Translations under genes and position numbers: made by a program
The notes under the pieces: generated by a model
The model's input: only the letters and a program-made list of their open reading frames with translations
What the model was told of the DNA's origin: nothing
The model's database searches: none
Shown here: positions 37,576 through 51,600 of the stretch, in pieces
How positions within the stretch are numbered: the stretch's first letter is position 1
Layout of the letters: every line of letters starts with the position of its first letter
DNA from: Octopus sinensis
Lineage: Eukaryota
Assembly: GCF_006345805.1 (NCBI RefSeq)
Contig: NC_043002.1
Location: forward strand, 47,802,001-47,866,000
DNA length: 64,000 nt
Direction of reading: 5' to 3'

Positions 37576-39880
37576 CATATAGTACCTTCATAATTTAGCT
37601 ATTTTTCTGTTGATTGAAAAAGTGATGAACAACCTTAATCAATTTTCGTATCTTATTGGATTCTCATCCAAGGTGTCTACTTCAATTTCATTAATCCCAG
37701 AGAAATGAGCAGCCAATCTGTTTATATTCTCAACAATTACAGTAGCTACAGAAATCATTATCCTTATCAACACTTAATGACCATGTTCTATGCTGGCATG
37801 GGCTAGAAGGTTTAACAGCATCCATTGTGCTCCAGTGTCTGCCTTTCATGGGTGCTATTCCTAATGTCAACCACTTTGCAATGTGTACTTGGTGCTATTT
37901 TCATGCCTTCAACACTAATGAGATTGCCATGTAACTTACAAAGCTACAAACACTGGGAGTGGGGTTTATTCTGGGAGATGAAAAGTTAAAATATTAGAGA
38001 TATGTGCTCCTTTTAGTTACCATCTACTAAATTCACTCACAGGGCTTTGGTCAGCCTGAGGCTATAGTAGAAGTCATTTACTCAAGGTACCATGCAATGA
38101 AACAGAACTGTAATTTGAGAAGCGAACTTCTCAGCTATGCCTGTGCCCAAAATGTACTAATTTATTTATAAAATTCCACTAGTCACCAAGATGTCAACGG
38201 ATTGTCTTTTTAATGGTTGAGCAGCATGTACTAATTAGTAAATTTTGGGCAAAAATTTATGGCTTAATATGCTGAAAGGTAAACTTTTGGATTTCATATG
38301 GTACTAAAACTGATAGATGCCATGATGTCAAAGATGTTCATGAAGTTGAGAAAGAGAAAAAAATTGAGAGAAATAAAATATATTCTAGAGAAAGCATCTA
38401 CAATAGTGTTTTTTTCTTTTTCTTTTAAGATAATGCAATATATCATATGAGTATTTAGACAATTCCAATCGATAAGATACCAATTTATTATTCTGAACCT
38501 TTGATGAATGCTTGTAGTTGAAAATAAAAATAATAGATTCTTGATCTGTTAATAGTTGAAATAGGTTTTGCAATTAACCAATGTTTCCACTTTCTGACAC
38601 TTTTTATAATGGTTATGTTGCCAGTTCAATAAATAATGTTTTTGTTTATGAGTAGTTAATGTTCTTAAAAAGCAAGCTATTATTCTCCATCAATCTACCA
38701 GATATAGTTATCTCAGAGGCATTAATTTGAAGTACAAATATTTCAAATTCAACAACTGTTCTAAGTGTAGCCTTAGGAATATATACTTTGAGACTATTAA
38801 AATCACATATTTGTGTTTCTGCTGAAGGCTAATGAGAAACTGATAAAAGTAACTTTTCCATATCTAGTTTTAGAGTTCTGTAAGAAATTTTATATTCTAG
38901 AAGTGGATAGCTTGCATGTTATATATATATATATACACTTAACCTCATTTAAAATATGTTGATGTTAATAGTCACTGACAACCTTATTTAAATTTTGATT
39001 ATGATCCTCCAAATGTTTCCCCATCATCAGGATAAGCAAATGTTGCAGTTAGATGATGTTCAATAACTATGCTCTCAATTATTCTTTGAAAATTAGCTAT
39101 GACATTCTCTAAATCAAAAGACATTTACAAAATTGATGTAATTTTCCTTTACTTTCATATACTATAAAGAATCAATTATCAATATGCAGTGAGATTTGAT
39201 AAGCTAGTTCACAGAGTTGTTATTTAAAATCAAAGTTAGAATTAAAGGTAAGGGGTGTGCATACCCCCCTCCCCCCCAAAAAAGAAAAGCAAGGAAATTA
39301 ACAGTTATTAAGTAATCTACAGTAATCCTAGTTTAGAAAATTTTCCATGACTAAACCCTTTCTTCACCACATAAAAACAGAAACCACACTTGAGACCTCT
39401 CAATAAACAATAAGTTCTTCAAAATAGATAAAGCCTTTTTTTTTCCAGAATAAAACCGGTTAGGTGTTATAGTAATAGCTTTACCAATTTTATCAAAACC
39501 TTTAAAAGTTTGAGAAGGGTATATATTCATTGCGTAAATGAAGTAATATCATATTTTGTGAAAAGTCATAAAACTTTGTCTTCACATAGATACACAAATA
39601 TCATCTATTGTTGAGAATTTCATATTGTTACATATATATTACCATTAAGAATATTTTATTGTGTATTAAATACATTATATAATAAAGCAAAAAATTGATT
39701 TAATTGGCAATTTCATATTAATGGTTAAAGAGGTATGAATAAAATTGTCTCACCTTCTTGAACCAATTGAAGTGTCAACATCTTAATAATAATTATCACT
39801 ATTGACTTTTGAGTGAAATCTGAAACATCTGTAAATATTATTAAATTGGTTCTTGATGATTTATTATTAGATCAGCATAC

Positions 39881-39982
39881 CTTTGCGTAATGACCCTTTC
39901 ACCATATGAATAACAGAAATTCCTTGGCAGGGTAATCTTGTCATCTATGGATCTTACCACCACAAAGCATTTATTGTCATTT
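39881..39982 (-). CDS. Candidate 102-nt internal coding exon (NDNKCFVVVRSIDDKITLPRNFCYSYGERVITQ)
   Basis: Acceptor tcccttaatctgcctacttttag, donor AAG|GTATGC, length divisible by 3, exactly one open frame (phase 2-2). Confidence 0.6.
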
Positions 39983-40554
39983 CTAAAAGTAGGCAGATTA
40001 AGGGAATAATTAGAGAATCATTACTTCAACCCTATTGTAAAGGTCTAGATACTGCATTATTAAAGTAAGTTGTGAGTGTGAATTATAGTAATTAGCATTC
40101 ATCTGGGCCTATTTTGATGCAAGTGCTTGATGTATTGCATCATTTAACTGGTGTTCATTATTTTCAAGTAATTTTCAACATATAGTATTCTGTTCTAAAC
40201 CTGTAATGAGTGAATCCTGAATACTGTCTTCACAATATTTACTGGAAGACACTACTTTAAATTTCAGTTTAAAAGTTGTTAGGCATGAATAGAATCTGTG
40301 ATGGATTCTCATGCTTGCTGTTTGCAAGTTGCCAATGGGTGATGGGCAAAAACTTTGTTTATTGATTTAATATAGAGAGACTCTAGCAATCATTAAAGGT
40401 ATTATGGTGTAATACCTTCTTAAATATTTGTAGAGATATAGTTTACCATTGAGAATTTTAATCTTCCTTTGATTCTGAGGTTTTATGAGAAAAATTTTAA
40501 GAAGTGCAACACTAATGCAATCACTTTGTCTAAACTTTGAAATCAGGTAAAGGA

Positions 40555-40785
40555 TAAATATCCCCTTTAGTCATGAATGACCATGAGATTGCACCTAGAA
40601 AGTTCCTTTCCAAGGCACAAATCTGCACAAGGTTGTTTACAATTGACCAGCAGTTGCCTATGCAAACCAGCCTCCACTCTCCATGCTGCTGATGTTATCC
40701 AACGGAAAGGCAAAGGCCAATATAGCTTGGCACCAGTGACATCACAACTCATTTCTACAGCTGAGTGAAATGGAACAACGTAGAG
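40555..40785 (-). mobile_element. 3' part of the SINE family seen at 17075-17410
   Basis: Reverse complement of the gtcattcatgact / ctaggtgcaatctcatgg / agaaatgagttg blocks. Confidence 0.75.
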
Positions 40786-43779
40786 TAATATTAAAAAGTT
40801 TGGCAGTAAACATTTGCCCATTATTTTATGCATGTATAAATGTTCTTACAGATGTTACTTCTCTTTCCTAGTAGAGATACATCATCCCCTGGTAATGTGG
40901 AATCCAATCAGAATAACTCTCATGACACTGCTACATTTTGTTTTATATTGCTTACCTAAAAGAATATTTTCCAATCCTGAGTACCAGTAGTAACATCTGT
41001 GATAGTTATAATAGTAGCAATAGCAGTAGTAACAGATACAACAATAATAAATAGTAAAACTGCTTCACATGAATCCATTGGGAAGCCATAAGAATTGCTG
41101 AAAAAATCTGTGTAGAGAAGAAATACTTCCAAAAGTGTTGTTCAGTGATTTGAGTCTGCTAACATTTCTCTTGTTGATTTAATTTGATTGTTGAGCCAAC
41201 ATATGTACAATGTGGTGAACATTACATTTAAAGCATTTCACACATATACACATGACAATTTTCACATTTTGGCAATATGAATACTAATTATATGTTCATT
41301 ATGCTTTTGAAAGAGACCAGCTATTTTTAAAATTTGTGATCATGGGAGTTCACTTTTGGTGTGAAGTGTGTAGGTTATGTGTGGATGTTAAGAAGGATTG
41401 AAAAATAAATTAATCTGAACCGGACTTTGTTAGAAATGAAAGCAAGGTAAGTTGTTAATGTATAGAGAGGAACCATGGTGGTATTCTAAAATAAATAAAC
41501 TATGGGAGAGAGAGAGAGAGAGAGAGAAAGAAAAAAGAAAGAAAAAAAGAAAGGGCAAGAGATTGAGAGAGAGAGAAAGAAAGAAAGAAAGAAAGAAAGA
41601 GAAAGAGAGAGCATAAGTGAACACCTCAATGGTGTTGCTTGAGAGACAACTTCCATTTCTCATCCAAGAGATGAAAGTTATATGGTGCTCATAGGTTGCT
41701 AATATGGCTATAATAATATCTGAAAGCTTTGTTAAGAAGATAAAAACTCAAGATGAAGTGGGTAGTTGTTTATTACTTTTTCCACCACTTTTAAAATGTT
41801 AGAAGTGTCATACAAATTGTTTTTGTTTACCAATGAAGTAAAGCTTATATTTTAACATCTGTTCTTCAAACACTGGTTTCTTCTTATCTGAGAAACATAT
41901 TTCAATCTCTAAATAATAGAGATGTAGTTGGAATACATAAGTTATGAACACAGAATATGAAATTTTCTAACTTATCAAACTTTTTATAAAAATTCTTAAG
42001 ATTGCAAATATTTTTTCCTTTTTTTTTTTAATGATATGCATTTTAGATAGTCCCTAATATCACATTCACATCAAGAGAAATAACTACAGCTGTACAATAC
42101 AAATTTTCATTCATCATCGTTACTATTTGTTTTGGTTTTTCTCTTCTATGCTTATTCAGTATCCTCACTGGTCTTCCAATTCTGCATTGGCATTAAGGGA
42201 AATTTCTAGGAAATTTGTTTTATCAGATTAAAGAATCATAAAGCAAAAAAAGAACTATATAAATTTCGAACCAAGTGTAGTAAACAGAATTTTTAGGCTA
42301 AGGATGATCTACATCAGTATGTATTAGATTAGAAATAAAAACAGAAGCAGTGAATGCTAATGTGCTAGGACACGAATTACTATCTTATTTCCAGGTCAGA
42401 GGTATTTTTCAAAGAAGAAAGAAGTTTCTACAATGAATGGTTTTAGCCAAAATGTTACTCCTTTTGTACATAGCAACATTTCTATTTTTATTTGAAATAA
42501 TTAACTGATGGCTTTGCGAAAATAATTGGCAGAAGAAATTCTGTATCAATACTATAAACCAATAATGTGATAATGTAGAGCAAAATTAATTAGCTATTTT
42601 ACTTTAAAATTAATAGAATTTAAAGTTGAAATTGCTTTCTAAAGGAGTAATGAGTGAAAACAATACACAGTGCTTAGTTAACTATAATGATGGGATAAGA
42701 TAAAATGAATAAAAACATTGAGTTATTTTATACTGTTATATAACTGGGAATGGCAAAATAAGTTAACATGATAAAGTGGTGCATTATATTAAATTCCTTC
42801 TGTGAATATTGTGGTTATCTAAAAATATTTGCCTTTAACTCTACAACTAGCACAACATTATTTTCATTAGAAAAAGTTAACATTATATATTTCTGAGAAA
42901 TTTTATAATACACAGTCTCACCTATGAAATATTGATTTCTGGTGGCTAGGCATAATGCCAAAGTTTGAAGGAGAAAGGTATTATCCACAGAACTGAACTA
43001 ATATATTAAATTACATTTATTTTATTGACCCTCAAGAGTCAGAAAGGAAAGTTAATATAGGGGAGATATCAATGAATTTGAGAGAGAGAGAGGGGGGGGA
43101 GAGACACGCAGACAGACACATAGACAGACAGATATGAAACTAAAGATATCATAGAGTAATTAATCTGATGCTCTTCTTTCATGAAGAGAACAAGTAGGCA
43201 AGTCAATATGCTATGACAACCACAAAAGAATTTGTGGCATGCATTCTGTTACCCATACTGATTTGTGGATTTGTTTCTATAACCAAAACATTTAGCCTTC
43301 AAGACATCTGTTTAGGTTTATGTAAATATTATAGGTATAATTTACCCACTAAGTTATAGCATCACTTGGTGAACTTTATTTCAATTTGCCTAGTTGGTAT
43401 TGCTACTAGCAATGGACCAAAAACTTATACAAAGAGAGTCTGTTTATAACATCCCTGCGTAACACTGTGGAAACCAGAAACAAGTCCTTATGACTTGAAA
43501 AAGTATAAATTATTAGCTACTGAGCTGATCATCTTCCCTTTCATCAAATATGAAAATACTGATGCATTAGCTAATGGTAAACCAATTAATATTTCTTTGC
43601 CAAAATATTTTAGAGAAACACATAAACCAGTATTGGTGACCAGACACAACTCATTGATTGTTTTTTCAGTTGCTAGACATATTATCAGTTGGGCTGTGTC
43701 TGTTGGTCTGTCTATAAGTATTACAGTGTTTTCTTTTCCTGATATGGATTAAGGTCTTATGTGTCACAAATTTTATTAC

Positions 43780-43826
43780 CTTTCGTCATATGAATCAATC
43801 AAAGAATTTCCATACAATTGTTCAAA
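43780..43826 (-). CDS. Candidate 47-nt coding exon (FEQLYGNSLIDSYDE)
   Basis: Acceptor cttctatttttattag, donor AAG|GTAATA, one open frame (phase 0-2), compatible with exons 54070-54116 and 39881-39982. Confidence 0.5.
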
Positions 43827-44469
43827 CTAATAAAAATAGAAGTCAAGTCCTTCTGAAGTCATAATTTTATCATCCTAGATAAAGGAGAATGCTTTGGACA
43901 ATATAATCCCTGATATAGGAAAAAGGTCAGATAGTTATGGTTAGAATATCATAGATCATAACTCTTCATGATCAAGATTAAAATAGTGCTAAACAGCAAT
44001 AACCTCTCATCATACACATCCTTGCTATCAATATTTTGCTATTCCTTTAGTCAAAAGGGAGTTTTATAGATGATGCCCCACTGTAATAGCAGAAGAAACA
44101 GTAATAATAATAATAAATAGGTGTTTTGATTTCTAAAGCTAACTAAACTACATAAATATTCCACAGAAGTCTGCCTCTGGCCCCTTACACTTGTATTCTT
44201 CGCCCTTATATTATTTCAGATTCTATACAAAGAGAAAATCAATAAACAGTAATTCTGTTTTAAGGAAATGCTAAAACAGTTGCTAGTGCAAAAACGTTAG
44301 ATAATTTTTTTAGAAAAAAAAAACCAGCTAAAATTGAATGTAGTTATTACATGAATATGTGAATCAGTTCTATTGGCACAGGTAAAAACCATTTATGAAA
44401 ATATATTTGATTTTTCTTTGAGGGATATATATTCTAAATGAAGAACAAATGTTAAAAATATACCCACTC

Positions 44470-44542
<73 letters not shown>

Positions 44543-44888
44543 CTAAATAGTGTGTTAGAAATAGGAATAATTGAGCTGTTAGCGTACAGAAGAGTGGGAA
44601 GCATGACCAAACCATGGTGTACTCCAGAATTGATATAGTGTAGGTTGGAGAGGAAGAACTCCTGTCAGTGCACATAGAAATGGAGTTTGACAGAAAATTT
44701 CCTGTCCAAGAAATGGAAGATGTATAGTGCCCATAAACTCCATCATCTTAGCAAAGATATTTTCTACAAACACTGCTTTCATCAAAGTTCTCAAGGATAT
44801 AATGAAGGAGAAAAAACTCTTCAGTATGTATCTATGTGTGTCTCTTTGCAAGTGTGTTTGAGAGAGAGAGAGAGAGAGAGAGAGAGTG

Positions 44889-44919
<31 letters not shown>

Positions 44920-46687
44920 TGTGTGTGTGTGTGTGTGTGCCTTCATATGTGCGTGTATGTATTATATATCCAAATTAATTTGTCAATATTTGTCAATATG
45001 AAGTTAACAATTTTTTTCTGTTTTCTGTTCTTATTGTTTAATGCATACCTATTTCAATAAAACCAGAGAAATTAGCCTCATTTTAGCAATCATGACTATG
45101 GCTTACTATCATTAAATGATTATACTAACAATATTTCTTTTCACTTATCAAACATCTGCCGGTGTTGCAGATATCTCTAAGGGTACAAAACTAAATGAAT
45201 GTGAGTGTAACAAATGCTTGTTAATGACGTCAGGAATAGTCTGTTGAGAATTACAATTCCAAATGAAGTAGTTTAAACACTAAGCAACAATTCTATACAT
45301 AGATCTCTTCATTAATTATCTATTACTATATAAATAAAAATCTTGCACAATGATGTGACAAAATACATTTAGACAGAGTGCAATAAAGGGAGTTATTAAA
45401 ACCTCCTGTTAACAACATCAGTAGCTAGTTTCTAAAGTGTCCTTTTATCAACGGTTTCTCTTCATGAATAATTCTGCTTGGAGAATCAATTTTGGTGTGA
45501 ATGAAGCAATATGTAGCTGCCACCTCATAAACCTGTTTGTTGGTGTAAACAATATTACTCTCGACTTCCTGATAGATAATAAGATTTACAGCTGACAGTT
45601 TTATACTTTAGAAAAGAAAGAACAAACCTAACACCATGAACAAGCCTAACACTATTCAGTTCAACAGAGATATTGTTGAAAGTATCTGTCTATTTAAAAA
45701 AAAAAAGAAATTATCAAAAACCTTGGTCCTTTCTTTTCTGAAAATGTACAATTATGGAAATGCTTTATACTATTAGTAGCATAACACTTTTTACTCTCAC
45801 AGTTTAGTGAAGTTGAATAATTTTACAGTATCTGGTCCAGTTCCTCATATTGTTGAGATCAAAACCTCAACTTTGTGTTTATGTTTGTAAGCATCAGTAA
45901 GATATTGATTTTTTTCTAACTAGGAACAAGGCCAATTTTGTAGGTGAACCATGTTACTGATGTATAATTTATTGACTCCAAAATAATGAAATGTAAAGTT
46001 AATCCTAGATTCGAACAAAATAGACAGAGATGAGGAGACTACACATTGCAAGGTAATTTTTGCCAACATATTACTCTAATATTACTAAGCTATTATTATA
46101 CCTCATTACATTCAGCTTTGTGAGTATTTTGTCTCAGATACCATTTGTCTTTTGTAGATAAAAGATTTTGGTAGTTGTTGCTGGACATGGAATTGAACTA
46201 AACATTAAATGGAAAGTTGAATCAATGAAAATTGTGCTTCAATTAATTTATTCTCAAACTGTTACATATCTTAGATAAAGCCTTCATTGAAAACAGATAA
46301 TGTTCATGTTGAATAAAGTTACAAACAGATAAGATTATTCACTAAAATTAGCTACAACAAAATGATATTGATTAGAGCTGATTCTTTTGTTAGTAATCCC
46401 AGTGTGATGGTAATAATTTATCATGATACAAACACTAGTTTTCAATGGAACACTGTAGAAGTTATACTCAGAAAACAAAAGGGAAAAAACCAGTTCAAAA
46501 TGCCAAAAGCATTTAACTGTAGAAATATGAAACAGCAATATCATATATCTTTCATTTCAATTTAAAAAATGCTTAGCTTTCCAGTAGAAATTTCAATATA
46601 AATTTCTTTTATTTTGGTTTCTTAATTATTAAATGTATGAATCTAAGTTTATTTACATGTGTAAGTGTACATATGTGAATATATATA

Positions 46688-47175
46688 GAGGCATGGCTGT
46701 GTGGTAAGAAGTTTACTTCCCAACCACATAGTCTTGGGTTCAGTTCCATTGTGAGTATCTCTGGTGCTTTGGACTTTAACCCTTACTGACATAAATCTTG
46801 TAAATGGATTTGGTAGACAGAAACTGTAAGAAATCAGTCATATATATATATATATATATGTAAGTATCTTTGAATGTGTGTGTGTGTGTGAGAGAGAGAG
46901 TGTGTGTGTTTGTGTGTGCATGTGTGTTACTCTATCCTTGCCTTGACTTCATGCGATAGTTGTAAATGAAAGTCATCACTACACAAGCAGTGTTCTTTGT
47001 ATATAATCTTCCATGAAAATACGTCTGGTCATGGGGAATATTACCTTGCTTGAGAATAGGTGAGGGTTGGTAACAAGGACACCCTATGGTTGAATATCCA
47101 CCTCTACTATTTCCTTCTGACATATGCAAGTATGGAGAAGTGGACATTAAACAATGATGACAATGATGATGATGA
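46688..47175 (+). mobile_element. SINE with a CORE-like head and an RTE-type (ATG)n 3' tail
   Basis: Head ggcatggctgtgtggtaagaag..gggttcagttcc; tail atgcaagtatggagaagtggacattaaacaatgatgacaatgatgat. Confidence 0.7.
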
Positions 47176-49182
47176 TTACATGCATGCATATGCATATCTT
47201 TGTGTGTGTGTGGGGGGATTAAAAATTAATAGGACCACATATTTAGCATTTGTGACAGGATGTTAGATTTCATTCGCTCATGAAGAGACTGTTTGGAGGA
47301 AGACTTGCAATAGTGCTGTTTGAATAAACTCTGCAAATTTATGAAATTTGTGTTAACTGTGCTAGGTCTGAAATATAAATATAAGACAGTAGAGCAGTTA
47401 AAAGAAAATTATTTTTGGATTGAAAAATGGGAACATCACTGAAATGTTGGCAGTTATAATGATCAGTGTAAGGTGAGTTAATTGACTTCAACCCTACTTG
47501 TAAATGGAACAATTTATTGTTATGAAGTTGTTGCTATAAGGTAGTCAAACAATTTTAATCATAGATAAGAAAGGATTCCTTAAAGAGGATACTTATAAAC
47601 AAAACTTACTAAAGAACCCTATTGCCAACAACAAATTAAACAAAGATTAGTAAATATATTTCAATGGAACTAACTTTCACATAGAAATAAACTGGAAATA
47701 TCAAGCAATAATAAATTACAATGTGGACCTCTTCAGATATATAATGGAAATAAATATAAGCAACTCAGTTATGTTTGCATGTGTGTTAAAGAATCAATAG
47801 CTATTAGAGAAAGTAAGAGGGGTGGGTAAAGGAGAAGTCAGGAAGAGATAGAGGAGTGCACACAAAGTCTAAATTAAATCTGTTTCTATTAAAGAGATAA
47901 CAGGAATATTGGCTCTATTCCATAAACATTACTGTAATAATAACAATAATAGCTTCAAGTAGGATTTTATTAAAATTTCTTCCTGGACAACCAACAGATT
48001 GTTACTTTCACAATTTTTAAGACATACATTATTCAACTCCAATTACTGCTTCATTTCATTTGTAACATTATTTCAAATCTAAATTTGTCTAGAAAGAAAT
48101 AACTACTAAATTTAATGTGAACTAAACCTTTATCCCATTTCTGTACTAAATTTTAAATTAAATGAACTGCCTACAAAGCTTGTGAATCATGAAAATGTGA
48201 TACTGATGGTAATTTATCCACTTTTGTAGTTAGTGTGACAGCCACTCAATGGTTGTCATTCAGTTCCCAATACATCTGTATAAAACAAAAAAAGTAAATA
48301 AAAAACAAAATATACTTTTATTTCAGTTTTATTCATTACTGGTATAATACCTCCAAAATAATTTTCTGAATATATAATATCCATAAGAAAAGAAAAACAT
48401 GATGAAACATACTCTTTAATATTTAGCTAACATAATTCTAATAAAGGAACTAAACTAAGCAATATCAAGTCATTGCTTAAAGTTTTATGTATGTCTAGTT
48501 GATTGCTTGAGAGGGATATGTCTCAAGTATTAATCTCTTTTCTCTTCATCTACTTTTATTCTAGTCTCTGTAAGATCTAGCTATTTGAGATTATATTTAC
48601 CAAAATCCAACTTATTCTATTCTTAGTGGTTCTAAATGAATTACTTGATTGTATAGAATATTTTTTCAAGTACAAGTAATTTTAAAATGCTTCTTATCTA
48701 GTGGTTGTTAATCACAAACCAAATTTTGTCATTACTGAAATAGAGAACTATGGTAGTGATGGTTGCTGATCTTCCAACCGAACCAAGGAAATTGTATTTC
48801 TATTAGTTTTTCTTACTTATACTATCTCTCAGTTACAACTTCAGACAGAAGTGTTACTATGTTTTGAAATGATGTTGCACAATTTGAGATCAGAATGTTC
48901 ATAGCCAGAACAAATTCTGCAAAGCATACCATTTGCCACTCTAGTAGTTCCAATAATCCACTGTCTTGGCCTGATACATTTTTTACCAACCCCCAAAAAG
49001 TATAAAGGACACACACACACATGTGCGCACACACATACACATTCTCATATGACAGGCTTCTTTTAGTTTCTATCTACCAAATCCATTCACAAGGCTATAG
49101 TAGAAGACACTCGCCCAATTTGCCACATAGGACTGAACCCTGAACCATGTGGTTGGGAAGTAAGATCCTTAACATACATCAT

Positions 49183-49588
49183 ACTCTTTACTCTTTTACT
49201 TGTTTCAGTCATTTGACTGTGGCCATGCTGGAGCACTGCCTTTAGTCGAGCAACTCGACCCCGGGACTTATTCTTTTGTAAGCCCAGTACTTATTCTATC
49301 AGTCTCTTTTGCCGAACCGCTAAGTAACGGGCGTCATAAACACACCAGCATCGGTTGTCAAGCAATGCTAGGGGGACAAACACAGACACACACACACACG
49401 CATATATATATATATACATATATACGACAGGCTTCTTTCAGTTTCCATCTACCAAATCCACTCACAGGGCTTTGGTCGGCCCAAGGCTATAGTAGAAGAC
49501 ACTTGCCCAAGGTGCCACGCAGTGGGACTGAACCCGGAACCATGTGGTTGGTTAACAAGCTACTTACCACACAGCCACTCCTGTGCCT
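49183..49588 (-). mobile_element. Young full-length CORE-like SINE, adjacent to an older partial copy (about 49050-49180)
   Basis: Colinear with 803-1214 along its whole length, with CpGs retained. Confidence 0.9.
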
Positions 49589-49926
49589 ATACCTGCATGT
49601 TTATCTTTATCCTTGTATTTTCTTCTTTTTCATACCGTTGGTCACGTGATAACATAGTGTATGTAATGAGATAAATGTGATGGGGGAAATGTCACTATGA
49701 TAAGCATCATTCTGTTCTTTCAGTTCATCAAATTATACCAGGTGTAAAAAGGACAGGTGTAAAAATACCTTTGTCATATACTGTGAAGGCAAATAAGATA
49801 AAGTGAAGGGGCAATATTTCAAGTTGATAAATCAAGCTTTGGAGATGATGGAAAGAATATGATAAAGATTGTGAAAGATAGAGATGGCAGGATTCAGTAC
49901 AGTTTGGTTTTGTATCTTGGCCATGA

Positions 49927-50563
49927 GTTTTCAAATGTATTTATGATGAAGAGATGGAAACAGCTAATAAATGCATCTGCCTTACATTTCTTGATATAGA
50001 GAAGGTATTTGATAAAGCCTTATATTCTGTATTATACAAGAGAATGTTCTTTTGATTTACTGTTCTGTAGAATAGCAGGAATTAAAATATTGGTATTCTC
50101 ACTCACTTTGAGAAAACAGATTAGGTAAGATTCTTTTGATCACATTTTGTTAGTTTTTTCCCCAACTTATAACAACATAATTCATGCACAGGGATAGAAA
50201 TATTTGCATTCGTGTCTAAGAGTACAGTATGTCAACTGAGAGTGATGGTTCCTTAGTTCTTGTCAGAATATCTGTCTAAGAGATGAAAAACTCCAAATTC
50301 AAATCCTTAGTGTATTGAATATAGCCAAGAATGACCTAATTAATTTCACTAATTGATTTCCTGTATCCAGTCTTATTTCTCAAAGTGAGTGAGTATACCA
50401 ACATTTTAATTCCTGCTATTTTACAGAACAGTAAATCAAAAGAACATTCTCTTGTATAATACAGAATATAAGGCTTTATCAAATACCTTCTCTATATCAA
50501 GAAATGTAAGGCAGATGCATTAATTAGCTGTTTCCATCTCTTCATCATACATACATTTGAAAC
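49927..50563. repeat. Inverted repeat: arms 49927-50115 and 50376-50563, roughly 97% identical by eye, 260-bp spacer
   Basis: Base-by-base complementarity. The left arm encodes EEMETANKCICLTFLDIEKVFDKA, a LINE RT motif of the FxDxEKAFD type. Confidence 0.92.
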
Positions 50564-50659
50564 ATAAGAGTGTGTATGATGCTGCATAAGTTCTCCCCAC
50601 TTAAAACTAAGTTAATAGATCCAAGTCTTGTTGTGAATAGGGCGGGGGGGGGATAATGC

Positions 50660-51600
50660 AGCAGAGAATTATTCGTCCCAGCACTGTTCAGGTTGATGTT
50701 TCCAGCAATACTTACAGACATCTTTAGGGATAATCTTCCAGATGATCACATCCATTATAGAATGGATAGCAAACTTCACAATCTTGTTTTGTTGAAAAGT
50801 AGTCATTAAGGTCCAAATTATCAATGTTTGTGATCTTTTCTATGCAGATAATTGTACATTAAATGCTGTATCTTCCAGTGATATACAACAAAATATAGAC
50901 AAATCTGCTGTGACAGCGACAACTTTGGTCTTACCATCAGCACCAAAAAGACCAAATTGATGCATCAACTAAGAAAAACAAATGAAGAGATCTACCGCTG
51001 GACAGTAGAGAAATTCACTACCTTGGTAATTTTCTCCCCAGATATATTTACATTGTCGATGATGTCAATTCTGGAATAGCTAAAGTTAGCTTAGCTTTCG
51101 ATGATAACATTCAATAGTATAAGAATGCAGTGGTCATCAATCTAAATGTCTACCAGACAGTCATATCACATTGTTGGGACTGTCAACAGCAGATACACCA
51201 GATAACTAAATTCCTTTCACACTACATGTCTCTGCAGATTGTACCACATTAAATGGTAAGGTTTCAGACACAGAGGTTCTCCAACAGGCAGTACTTCCAT
51301 CAATAATACCATGGTGCGAAAGAACCAATGTCACTAGAATGATCATGTCACCTACAAAAGTAATTCATACATACCAAAGCAACATCTCTGTAGTAATGCT
51401 GTTACTCTGTAGTAATGCTGTATCCCTGGATAAGGAAAGTTACCAGCCAAAAGTAGCTCTACAAGAATAGCTTTGAAGTAGTAAGATTGAAAAGCAAGAT
51501 TGTTAATTTAGAATCCTATGACCAGCTTAGTCTAAGAAGGTACCTATGGTGTCCCCTCATGGGCAAAGATGCAAAAGTGCTTACATGAGACATGCAGTCA
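50660..51600 (+). mobile_element. Highly degenerate RTE (BovB-like) LINE fragment
   Basis: HYRMDSKL.NL, CDNFGLTISTKKT and remnants of LNxFHxxCLRxL.xIKW and WxGHV across frameshifts. Confidence 0.7.
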
